Positions 20,701 to 29,003 of a stretch of 56,620 bases of DNA are shown in pieces; position 1 is the stretch's first letter; each line of letters starts with the position of its first letter. The DNA is from a virus (taxonomy: Duplodnaviria > Caudoviricetes), in IMG/VR virus record IMGVR_UViG_3300027754_000112, positions 1-56,620 of that record; one strand, 5' to 3'. A program made the position numbers and the translations under genes. The notes under the pieces were generated by a model. That model had not been told where the DNA came from, made no database searches, and was given only the letters and a program-made list of their open reading frames with translations.

Positions 20701-22996
20701 GACGGTTGTGGCGTGGGGGAATAATGGACAAGGGCAGAGGACAGTGCCTGCTGGGCTGACCGGAGTGACGGCGATCGCAGGGGGTCAGTATCACACGGTG
20801 GCATTGAGTTCCTCGGGGACGGTGGTGATGTGGGGGTATAATACCTCTGGGCAGACGACATTGCCTACCGGGTTGACCGGAGTGACGGCGATCGCAGCGG
20901 GTGGGTCTCACACGGTGGCATTGAAGAGTGATGGGACCGTGGTGGCGTGGGGGTCTAATGAGTATGGGCAGACGACAGGATCATTTGGGATGTTCAACGT
21001 GACGTCATTCGACATAACTCAGCTGATCGGAGTGACGGCGATCGCAGCGGGAGGTTACCACACGGTGGCATTGAAGAGCGATGGAACCGTGGTGGCGTGG
21101 GGGAGAAATAATTACGAGCAGACGACAGTGCCTGCCGGGCTGACGGGAGTGACGGCGATCGCAGCGGGTTGGCAACACACGGTGGCATTGAAGAGCTGTG
21201 GGACCGTGGTGGCGTGGGGGAATAATGACTATGGGCAGACAGGGTCAGTCGGGCTGACCGGAGTGACGGCGATCGCAGCGGGTTTCGGTCACACGTTGGC
21301 ATTGAAGATCGATGGGACCGTGGTGGCGTGGGGGTTTAATGGACAAGGGCAGACGACAGTGCCAGAAGGGCTGACCGGAGTGACGTCGATCGCGGCCGGA
21401 GGTTATCACACGGTGACATTGGGCAGATCGATTGGTTATAGTATAGTTCCGGTATTGCCACATTTACCTACCGGTCAATCCACTCTGACAGGGAGTGCTT
21501 ATAATTTCGTTAATAATAGTGTCACTCAGTCTAACGAGTGTACCTTTTATTCTCAATCAATTTATCCATATCAGTTTGAAGAAGTGGATGTTCTACAATC
21601 TATATTGGTTTCTCATTATGGTCCCAATAAGTTGAAAAATAACAAAATCCGTAAAGTAAAACAAATATTGACATCGACACCGTCACCAGTTCAAATAGTT
21701 TCTAAAAATGTTGATACATTTTCTTCGGATTCAAATTTGATGGGTGTATTTATTTCTCCATTTAAGGTTAAAGATGATGATATCATCAATTTCTTGGGCG
21801 ATTATAATGTTATGAACTCGGTTGCAGATCCTGGTAATATTTATCAATCTTCATATACAGATTTGAAATCTTTGAGTCAAAATTATTATAAATATAACGG
21901 TGAACCTGTTTTATATCAAGAATTCATGACTTTGTATAAAAACTATATTGACAATTCTACATTTGATTCTATACGAAATGTTGTGCCAGCGAGAACGAAA
22001 CTTTTAACCGGCGTTCTGATTGAACCTTCGTTATTAGAAAGACCGAGAATTCAATTGCGTCCACCAATGCGTGAGGAAGTTAATATAAATGTTGGTGAAA
22101 TTGATACTAAAGATAATGTTTATGCAAATATACAGTCTTCCGAAAAATATTCTTCAACTATTGATGAAAATGTCAGCAGAAATCAAATAAAACAATTTAA
22201 TTTGAATAACGGATATATTTCAAATGATGAAACCGATTATTATTTAACTCAATATGTTCAACAAAATGTTCCGTTCTTTGATTATAAACAAAACAAAGTT
22301 TGTAGTCTAAGAGAAGTTGAGAATGTACAATATGTTTATAGTAATGATAAATTGGAAAATCCTATAAAAATCAAACTTCGCAAAATTATAGCAGTTCCTT
22401 CATCGGTTTCGTCTCAGGTGGGATCTGAATATACAACAAATGTTGATATAACATCTACAATAACGAATGTGTTTCCATTCCAACACTTGAGTTATAAAAA
22501 CAAACCAATGTCAAAATTTGCGATATATTTAAATGAAAAACCTTTATATTTCCCGAGTGATACTAAATCGAGTGATACTAAATCGAGCGATACTAAATCT
22601 AAAAATCTGGCGACACCCCTGGCGACGCAATTGCTACTTAATGCCGCTGTTTCATTAACAGGGATCGCAGGGATCGCAGGGATCGCGGGGATCGCGGGGA
22701 TCGCGGGGATCGCAGGGATCGCATTGAGAGAAATTACGCCGTTTATCCCTGGAACTTTATATTTCCCGAGTGATACTACATTTACAGACATCGATGGAAA
22801 TTCAATTGAAATATCTAATACGACATTTGGTATAGGAAACTTTTCTTTGGATGATATTTTTGTAAAATCTCAAAACAGTAAAAACACAACCATAATTAGT
22901 TCGTATGAAATTACTTCTTCTAACGGAGCGGTACTCTCATATTCTCCTATATTAATCCAAAGTTCAAGTATGAGTCAAAGCGTTTTCGTAATATAA
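17702..22996 (+). CDS. Large baseplate wedge protein (gp7-like) carrying an RCC1 propeller insert
   Basis: 1764 aa. It has 'IYKTKGT..I..LL..YG', 'MVGHHFDNI' and 'VPARTKL.TGVLIEP..LER', and sits in the baseplate cluster. Confidence 0.65.
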   Translation: MNFPYPLVSTFTSSFNTASYFSADDVNNYNQNTDNPDIFFGKSDRDVVEFSYFNTIGEQNGWIKKTPDVKYLSQVGIYKDVDETQFTYNYRKVKTNYIDYQNNFLMDVGSDLSSSNVFDGQHIVSYNFTRTVAGSQSYPLIISDISPSRTELKLIPTFQKQSTDKNVFYENLHYESFCRKLVLIEDVVELIATSLDNFNCEDNYKSYSQSNPSDITNFKNTFAFKSDADAILLINAIYDGSLKLELDLFNNTTIKNLFGVKNYIKYWLYTYSKNILSFQELNQQIKYIVQKEYLNQLDVINIFNGDLTNNLQIVSTIVYDNFVQLVLNVIENVFLNKFHSYYKNALNFGNGVVFKFVDHSFSSKSESESKHIELLVKLDSPLSFDYAVKTKCWISNISIAPIVQNVILIPLKTVPQYKISGPDFSAKINNANKYGYNNIGSLDQNLSDTTLSQINIIDKLKNLNIDYSKFENFVIFSSAAIRIKIFKNKLESINNTNVQIQTLSDAATSSNTIISASYSSDIQSLQNNILSIQNSFDGYESYLYTDQSLIQGSLSDTNSNYHNYILDAENYDIQNIDSLVNNTPEYLKLNEDNNDYLLFLSMVGHHFDNIYQYIKSFPVLNKFTSSEDYLPDLVYYMLKTFGWNTSTDFANKSTLLSYSSDSSDSSAVSAKNKNEIIWKRILDSLPQIYKTKGTEECINLLLSCYGVPLNILSIREFGGNDIFQSNKTSYVYDAKYYFTKYQSGKEYVKIPYTSSAKSLEFTFKTEKSYVQNQRINLVTKDTCWNLSLLKSKVDNYGDIIFNIQNKSMKIENVPIFKGDNFYNVLLRRNSTSSFLDTNSNENYIPTQYDLVVKSYDGDREVFNHSSSIVLTKTYNEIFSQDGYLYFGNYPTSNKNFTGLLDKINLIQNPISNEYFSEYSRNYNFYGNNDVTNTWNDLVFRYNFEYPINLASSSISRPYTEATVAAWGDNSEGQRTVPAGLTDITAIAAGDKHTVTLKSDGTVVAWGNNGQGQRTVPAGLTGVTAIAGGQYHTVALSSSGTVVMWGYNTSGQTTLPTGLTGVTAIAAGGSHTVALKSDGTVVAWGSNEYGQTTGSFGMFNVTSFDITQLIGVTAIAAGGYHTVALKSDGTVVAWGRNNYEQTTVPAGLTGVTAIAAGWQHTVALKSCGTVVAWGNNDYGQTGSVGLTGVTAIAAGFGHTLALKIDGTVVAWGFNGQGQTTVPEGLTGVTSIAAGGYHTVTLGRSIGYSIVPVLPHLPTGQSTLTGSAYNFVNNSVTQSNECTFYSQSIYPYQFEEVDVLQSILVSHYGPNKLKNNKIRKVKQILTSTPSPVQIVSKNVDTFSSDSNLMGVFISPFKVKDDDIINFLGDYNVMNSVADPGNIYQSSYTDLKSLSQNYYKYNGEPVLYQEFMTLYKNYIDNSTFDSIRNVVPARTKLLTGVLIEPSLLERPRIQLRPPMREEVNINVGEIDTKDNVYANIQSSEKYSSTIDENVSRNQIKQFNLNNGYISNDETDYYLTQYVQQNVPFFDYKQNKVCSLREVENVQYVYSNDKLENPIKIKLRKIIAVPSSVSSQVGSEYTTNVDITSTITNVFPFQHLSYKNKPMSKFAIYLNEKPLYFPSDTKSSDTKSSDTKSKNLATPLATQLLLNAAVSLTGIAGIAGIAGIAGIAGIAGIALREITPFIPGTLYFPSDTTFTDIDGNSIEISNTTFGIGNFSLDDIFVKSQNSKNTTIISSYEITSSNGAVLSYSPILIQSSSMSQSVFVI
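20582..21424 (+). repeat. GC-rich RCC1/BLIP-II repeat cassette 1 (7 blades)
   Basis: Seven copies of TVVAWG..GQ.TVP.GLTGVTAIAAG..HTVALKSDG. A sampled line (20701-20760) is 37/60 GC versus 15/60 in flank line 20401-20460. Confidence 0.9.
22542..22778 (+). repeat. In-frame insert bounded by 24-bp direct repeats, with internal 15-bp x3 and 9-bp x7 (GIA) repeats
   Basis: CTTTATATTTCCCGAGTGATACTA occurs at 22542 and 22755. GGGATCGCA/G is repeated 7 times at 22661-22723. Confidence 0.9.
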
Positions 22997-23021
22997 AATA
23001 ATAAAAACCGTAAAATTAAAC

Positions 23022-23029
23022 TATTTATA
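23022..23029 (+). promoter_or_regulatory. Putative phage late promoter motif TATTTATA
   Basis: It lies 5 nt upstream of ATG 23035, and the same motif precedes several other genes. Confidence 0.5.
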
Positions 23030-23034
23030 TACAT

Positions 23035-23661
23035 ATGGCATATCTAGATAACAAATCAATTATAGTTGATGCAACACTAACCAAAAAAGGAAGAGAGTTG
23101 TTAGCTCAAAACGGAAACTTAAACATCACATCGTTTGCTTTGGCAGACGACGAAATTGATTATAGTTTATATGACCCCAATCATCCAGAAAGTTCCAATT
23201 ATAATGACTTTGCGATCCGAAATACCCCAATTCTTGAAGCTTTCTTTGATGAAACTCAATTGATGAAATACAAATTGGTTACCTTAAGTCAAGGAGTCAC
23301 TACTATCCCTGTAATTACGTTGAACGTCACCAATATAAATGTACCATATACATTCACAGGAGACTCAATTATATCTCCAAGTACAAGTCCAACATATAAT
23401 ACAACACTTGGATATACAGTTATATTGGCAAACAGTAACGTAGGAACAATTATTCCAACCATAAATGTATCTTCCACAACCGTATCAAATATGGTAACAT
23501 CTTTTACTGGAATTTCTGTTGTAACTTCACAAGTTGCAGTAGGATTACAATTCAAGTTTTTACCGAATCCAGGTATCGCTCAAACCACGACTACCAATTT
23601 AACAATCATCGGAAATGAAAGTGGTGGAAGTGTAACCATTCCAATAACAGTAACCGTATAA
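23035..23661 (+). CDS. Baseplate/tail-collar structural protein
   Basis: 'LTKKGRELLA..ITSFALADDEIDY' resembles the N-terminal part of tail-collar/fibre attachment proteins. Confidence 0.6.
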   Translation: MAYLDNKSIIVDATLTKKGRELLAQNGNLNITSFALADDEIDYSLYDPNHPESSNYNDFAIRNTPILEAFFDETQLMKYKLVTLSQGVTTIPVITLNVTNINVPYTFTGDSIISPSTSPTYNTTLGYTVILANSNVGTIIPTINVSSTTVSNMVTSFTGISVVTSQVAVGLQFKFLPNPGIAQTTTTNLTIIGNESGGSVTIPITVTV

Positions 23662-23666
23662 TTTTT

Positions 23667-24704
23667 ATGCTATTTACCCAATTTCAACCAACTGACGTAG
23701 TTACCGGAAAAATCACCAGAGTTTCTTCGCCACTTTGGCCAGGCGGAAACGTTGGAGCACCACAGTCTTCATTTTATACAAATCCAACCCAAGTTGTAGC
23801 TACAGGTTCGGTTATAACTGATTTGAAAAACGGGTTGTATTACAATGATGTATATTATGCAGGTCAACCTTTCTTCTCAGTTGCATTCGGAAATGCATAC
23901 GGAAATGGAACTTCTGCTACAGATGTAACTACCGTTCATGCATATCCATCGAAAGTTATATATTCTCAATATAAGAACATTTTGTTGCAATCAACAGAAA
24001 AATCATTTACATTTTTGACCGCGTCGTCTGGCACTACTACCACAACAATCACTTCATCAAATATTTATGTTTTGGCATTCTCGGTCAACCAATATAAAGA
24101 TAGAATTGACGAAGGTCATATTCAATTTTCTTTGAGTGGAAGTAAAGGATTATTTACATTCATTGATGATTATACTTTAACTAACACGGTCAACGATTCT
24201 TACAATATTATTAGTGGAAGTATAGTAAATGGAGTTGCGTCGGCATATTCAAACGGACAATATAATGCTATTGGAAATCTATATCCAAAAGCTGGTATTA
24301 TAGTATTAAACGCGGATCAATTGGGAACTGTAGTTGGTTCTGAATTATCGGGAAGTCGAAGCAATACTGGCGCATATAAATTGAATCAACAATTAATATT
24401 GTCAGCAATTACTAAGTGTCGAAACAGTTATTTCCAAGTAAGAAAATCTGAGTATTTACCGTCAAAACAATATTTCATTCGTGTAAAAAACCAAGAATAC
24501 AATTATTCCAACAACCCAACTTTCGTGACTGGGACCAACGGAAGGATTCGTTTCACCGAGTTTTATACAAATCCACAAACTTACATAACCACGATTGGAT
24601 TATATAATGAAAATAATGATTTGGTAGCTGTAGCAAAAACAAGTCAACCAATAATGAAGAGTTTTGATACAGAAGCGTTAATAAAAATAAAATTAGACTT
24701 CTAA
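23667..24704 (+). CDS. Baseplate/tail-collar structural protein
   Basis: C-terminal 'YNYSNNPT..YITTIGLYNENNDLVAVAK..P..K..IKLDF'. Confidence 0.6.
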   Translation: MLFTQFQPTDVVTGKITRVSSPLWPGGNVGAPQSSFYTNPTQVVATGSVITDLKNGLYYNDVYYAGQPFFSVAFGNAYGNGTSATDVTTVHAYPSKVIYSQYKNILLQSTEKSFTFLTASSGTTTTTITSSNIYVLAFSVNQYKDRIDEGHIQFSLSGSKGLFTFIDDYTLTNTVNDSYNIISGSIVNGVASAYSNGQYNAIGNLYPKAGIIVLNADQLGTVVGSELSGSRSNTGAYKLNQQLILSAITKCRNSYFQVRKSEYLPSKQYFIRVKNQEYNYSNNPTFVTGTNGRIRFTEFYTNPQTYITTIGLYNENNDLVAVAKTSQPIMKSFDTEALIKIKLDF

Positions 24705-24710
24705 TAGATC

Positions 24711-27700
24711 ATGATTAAGTCATTAAAAAGAAATGACATACGATCTACTCCATTTGTTGCGAATAAATCTTGGAATTCTCAAAATCAAACATTTGATAAT
24801 ACAATAAGTTGGCAAAGCGGGAGTCAGAGCGGATCTTTGTTTTTAAGTTTTGTGGATTATAAAGATGGAACTCAATTATCTTTACATTCTTCATCTATAG
24901 CATATCAACAGCAGGATCCCGATTTTTTGCGATTTCGAATTGGACAAGAAATAACAGGCACTACATTTTATCCGACTTCAAGTAAATATTACGATTCATT
25001 GGTTAATCCTACGAATATAGATGGAACGTATCAGGGGTTAGTATACAATACTCTTAAAAATTTGTTTTACAAAGAGACTGCGAATCCGACTCAAATTTTT
25101 GGATTGGAGTCATTGAATCCTGTTGATGTGAACCGAACATTGACAAAACAAATTAATGTATTTAATGTTCCACAAAACAAATTTGGAGAAAAAATAGTTC
25201 CGAATAGTATAGAAATAAAACAACAATTAGATGATGGACACTTTGTTGTAATAGATGATGGTAATACCAATTTAAAATTGAGTGGGTCACATTTTGTTGA
25301 TGTTCAAAATGCAATGTACAATTGTGTATCTGCGATTGTAAATGTCACGAATACTAGTTATACATATGATGGTTCTCCAAAATCTGCATCAGTTACTACA
25401 AATCCTTCGGATTTAATAACTATAACTACATATAATGGTTCGGAGACGCCGCCTACAAATGTCGGAACATATACAATACTTTCTACAATTTGGGATGGGT
25501 ATTATTGTGGATCTACAGGTTCCACTTTCGTTATAAATAAGGCAACCGCAGCAATTACAGTAACAGGTGACGAAGTGACATATGATGGCAAACCTCATTT
25601 TGCCACTGTGACTACAACTCCATCGAGTCTTGATTATGATATTGTATATACTTTAAACGGTGCGACCATACCAGATAATAATCCAATCAATGTTGGAAAG
25701 TATACTGCTACTGCAACAATCAGGGGAAATCCAGAAGTAAAAGGCGAAGCATTCGTTATTATAACTCCTAAATCATTGAGTGTGACGTTTTATCCAATTG
25801 ACGATCAGGTATATGGAACATCAGATCCAATTCAGTTGAACGCAAGTTATTCTCCTCTAGATCTGACATCTGGTATAAATATAGAATATAGTATAACATC
25901 CGGAAGCAATTTAGCAACAATTGTAGATCCACTAAAGCCTGAGGTTACAATTTTCGGTTGGGGGTCATATGGCAATCACAAAACTGGCTCTGTCACAGTA
26001 AAAGCATCAACCAACGTTCCACCAAATGGAAATTATTTGACAGACGTTGCATTTCAAACTTTTAACGTTACTCCAAAACCAATTCGGTCTGGTCACCATA
26101 TTATATATACGACTCCAGTAACATCGGATCAAACATATACTAATACACCTGCTAATTTCGGATTCGGCTGGGAGGAAAATGAATTTTTAAAATTCGTTAA
26201 AAAATCTGGAGACGATGTTCGTATATTAGGTTCTTATAACGTAATAATTCGTCCTTCTGATTCTGGAAGATATACAGTCAATATCGGATCGCCATTTTAC
26301 TTCTCTGGATTGGACATGGAGAAATATTCATTGGAACAACCAACGCAGGAGGTGAATATTTATCCAACAACTATACAATTATCCGATAGCTTCTTCACAT
26401 ATGATGGCGAACCATATACAATCGCAGATATTATAAATAAAGGATTCGCTACACTTGAATCGAATATTAATTATACAATAAAATTTTTTAATAATGCAGG
26501 AAACGAAATATTTACAGACAAGTATAATTCAACCACAGTAAACCCGACTTATGTTGGTCCGACTAATAAAGGATATTATAAAGTAACAATAACAAATAAT
26601 AATGTTACATCGGATACAAAAACCGTTAACCTAACTATTAATCAAGCAAACGCAACTGTTACTTTTAACATCGAACCGCCAGATGGTGTGTTTGAACATT
26701 TGCAATTTAATAATTGCGATGATCAAATTAATAAACTAAAAAATAATGGAATAAAACCAGTCACAATAAAAGGCGTATCCTATAAGGATCGAACCGGCGT
26801 GGAACAAGTAATTAGTCCTATTCCACCCGAACTCAAAGTCACATACCAATCTGATATATACAATAAATCTGAAACTGTCCCAACGGTGAGCGGATACTAT
26901 CAGATTGGTATAAATGGAACGAATGCTAATTTTCTGTTTGTACTCCCCGGTACTTCTGAAGTAACCTTTAATGAAGTTATATATATAGTATATCGCAATG
27001 GTCATAGTTTTGTTCAAGACTCGTCTCGGAGAGACGGTCTACAGATAACGTCGTCACAATATTATACAAGTAGCAATCATAATCTTTTAAAATTCTACCA
27101 GCCATCTGCAGTAGTTCAAAATTGGAATACAATCTATAATAATAAGTCAAAATTAAACAATTATAAATTCACTGATTATACAGGGTCTTCCCCCGTCGAT
27201 TTGGGTGTATCTTTCGTATCAATAGGTGCCGGCGGTGGCGGCGGTGATGGATCGTTGATTGGCGATGGGACGGTTGTGAGCTGGAATCCTCCTGCCGGTC
27301 GTTATGGTAATAGCGATGTCTATGCGATGGATTCGCCTGCCGGGTTGGCCGGAGTGACGGCAATCGCAGCGGGATGGGGTTTCACGGTGGCATTGAAGAG
27401 CAATGGTACCGTGGTGGTGTGGGGGGATACGGGTCCATATGGGAATAAGAAGATACCTAACGACCTACAAAATGTGTCGACCAATCCCGTGACGGCGATC
27501 GCAGCGGGTGGGAATATCGTTGCGGCATTGAAGAGCGATGGGACGGTTGTGGCATGGAACGCCGGGTCGTGGAGTAGTGGCGATTATTTCCCCAACATGC
27601 CTCAGAAGTTGAAAAATAAGAGAGTGACGGCGATCTTCGTGGGTCATGGTGCTGTCTTCGCATTGTATGACGCAGGCACTGTGGCAACGTGGGAGCCTCC

Positions 27701-28790
27701 TGGTGGTTATGGTGGTTATTTTCGGGAGGTAAAAGACGGTGACGGGCTGAAAGGAATCAAGCAGATCTCTTTCGGAGAAGGGTGGTCGGTGGCATTGAAG
27801 ATCGATGGTACGGTGGTGACGTGGGGGACGCAGCATCCGAAGTCAACGAATGTGCCTAACGAGCTCCAGGTAATAAATCTGGACAATCCCGTGACGGCGA
27901 TCGCCGCAACAGGAATCAGAACGTTGCTATTGAAGAAAGATGGGAAGTTGTACTGGTTATATGATGGCAACGTATCCAGTGAAGACCGAGCGACCGACGT
28001 GACGGCGATCGCAGCGGGATACGCTCACTTTGTGGCACTGAGGAGAAATAACACCGTCTTCACTTCGCCAACTTCGATGGGGGGAAAAACGGTTTATCTG
28101 ACCGGTGGCGATACACTGACCGGAGTTACGGCGATCGCAGCGGGTGATAATAACACGGCGGCATTGAAGGGGCAGACAATATCAGTTGGGGGCGGCGGTG
28201 GTGCTTACGTTGGATTTTCTATGCCTGCCAAATATTTGGTTGATAATAATATAAACACCATGAAAATGGTTACATATGGAGTTGGTCAAACAAGCCCCTC
28301 AGTAACTGCCGGTGGTCCTGCATTTTTTGTAACAGAAAGTTCTTATACAACAAACTCAGCGTGGTTGGGAATATATGCCGCCGGTGGTGGTGGTACTACA
28401 ACGTCAGTGATTGGGGTTGGTGGAAAATCTTATATCAATAAACAAATATACAGTGGTAGTTTGTATGCAGATCCAGATCATCTCTATAACAGATTTATTG
28501 ATGGTAATAATTATTATGAAGAGACACTTAAAAATCAAGGAATTAGATATAACAATGAAGTAATTAATGTAGGTATGATTGACGAGTTTAATACTGCACA
28601 ATACGGATTGAACGGTGACTTGGGGGGTTTAAACGGAATCAAAAGAATATCAACATTTGAAACACCACATCTTCGATGGGGGCGGGGAAGTTCCACGAAC
28701 AATTCATCAATGTGTGAAATCAGAATACGACATAGTATTTATCAAATTTATTTGAATGGAACGAAAATATATGATGTAAATAATATTTAA
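24711..28790 (+). CDS. Multidomain virion adhesin-like protein (MBG/Ig-like domains, RCC1 propeller, Gly-rich domain)
   Basis: It has MBG-like 'YTYDGSPKSASVTTNP..TYNG..PTNVGTY' repeats, seven RCC1 blades and a GAGGGGG..GGGGGAY domain. Confidence 0.65.
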   Translation: MIKSLKRNDIRSTPFVANKSWNSQNQTFDNTISWQSGSQSGSLFLSFVDYKDGTQLSLHSSSIAYQQQDPDFLRFRIGQEITGTTFYPTSSKYYDSLVNPTNIDGTYQGLVYNTLKNLFYKETANPTQIFGLESLNPVDVNRTLTKQINVFNVPQNKFGEKIVPNSIEIKQQLDDGHFVVIDDGNTNLKLSGSHFVDVQNAMYNCVSAIVNVTNTSYTYDGSPKSASVTTNPSDLITITTYNGSETPPTNVGTYTILSTIWDGYYCGSTGSTFVINKATAAITVTGDEVTYDGKPHFATVTTTPSSLDYDIVYTLNGATIPDNNPINVGKYTATATIRGNPEVKGEAFVIITPKSLSVTFYPIDDQVYGTSDPIQLNASYSPLDLTSGINIEYSITSGSNLATIVDPLKPEVTIFGWGSYGNHKTGSVTVKASTNVPPNGNYLTDVAFQTFNVTPKPIRSGHHIIYTTPVTSDQTYTNTPANFGFGWEENEFLKFVKKSGDDVRILGSYNVIIRPSDSGRYTVNIGSPFYFSGLDMEKYSLEQPTQEVNIYPTTIQLSDSFFTYDGEPYTIADIINKGFATLESNINYTIKFFNNAGNEIFTDKYNSTTVNPTYVGPTNKGYYKVTITNNNVTSDTKTVNLTINQANATVTFNIEPPDGVFEHLQFNNCDDQINKLKNNGIKPVTIKGVSYKDRTGVEQVISPIPPELKVTYQSDIYNKSETVPTVSGYYQIGINGTNANFLFVLPGTSEVTFNEVIYIVYRNGHSFVQDSSRRDGLQITSSQYYTSSNHNLLKFYQPSAVVQNWNTIYNNKSKLNNYKFTDYTGSSPVDLGVSFVSIGAGGGGGDGSLIGDGTVVSWNPPAGRYGNSDVYAMDSPAGLAGVTAIAAGWGFTVALKSNGTVVVWGDTGPYGNKKIPNDLQNVSTNPVTAIAAGGNIVAALKSDGTVVAWNAGSWSSGDYFPNMPQKLKNKRVTAIFVGHGAVFALYDAGTVATWEPPGGYGGYFREVKDGDGLKGIKQISFGEGWSVALKIDGTVVTWGTQHPKSTNVPNELQVINLDNPVTAIAATGIRTLLLKKDGKLYWLYDGNVSSEDRATDVTAIAAGYAHFVALRRNNTVFTSPTSMGGKTVYLTGGDTLTGVTAIAAGDNNTAALKGQTISVGGGGGAYVGFSMPAKYLVDNNINTMKMVTYGVGQTSPSVTAGGPAFFVTESSYTTNSAWLGIYAAGGGGTTTSVIGVGGKSYINKQIYSGSLYADPDHLYNRFIDGNNYYEETLKNQGIRYNNEVINVGMIDEFNTAQYGLNGDLGGLNGIKRISTFETPHLRWGRGSSTNNSSMCEIRIRHSIYQIYLNGTKIYDVNNI
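27264..28172 (+). repeat. GC-rich RCC1 repeat cassette 2 (7 divergent blades)
   Basis: The frameworks GTGACGGCGATCGCAGCGGG and GGCATTGAAGA.CGATGG match cassette 1; the loops differ in length and sequence. Confidence 0.85.
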
Positions 28791-28793
28791 TTT

Positions 28794-29003
28794 AAAAAGT
28801 ATGAATTTTACAATAAAAAATGAAAATTGTGTATAAAAACATCAAAAAAGTTAAAATAATTTTGTGGTTACCGAAACTAATTGGTTGATGTGAGATATGT
28901 ATATATGGATATATGTTAAAGGTCGGAATTTCTACCCTAGGATAAAACCATAGGAGGTTCATTCCTGCAAAAAGTATGAATTTTACAATAAAAAATGAAA
29001 ATT
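28794..29003 (+). repeat. 35-bp perfect direct repeat (28794-28828 and 28969-29003) duplicating the next gene's start
   Basis: AAAAAGTATGAATTTTACAATAAAAAATGAAAATT occurs twice, 175 bp apart. Confidence 0.95.
28868..28979 (+). mobile_element. Miniature IS200/IS605-like (TnpB omega-RNA-like) non-coding element, family A copy 2
   Basis: It aligns with 11711-11814 apart from a 10-nt insertion and substitutions, and ends CAAAAAGT-ATGA at the 28976 start codon. Confidence 0.6.

Noticed and set aside
20436-21463. Short antisense or alternate-frame ORFs over the RCC1 insert (also 27169-27970)
   Set aside because: These are shadow ORFs caused by high GC and repeats opposite a clear coding frame.
20771-28140. 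Repeated GCGATCGC (cyanobacterial HIP1 octamer)
   Set aside because: The copies noticed all encode the Ala-Ile-Ala of duplicated blades, so they are not independent evidence for a cyanobacterial host.
20582-28172. RCC1 cassettes as a CRISPR array or a DGR template/variable repeat pair
   Set aside because: The repeats are in-frame protein blades. Differences include indels and are not adenine-specific, and no cas or reverse transcriptase gene is in the window.
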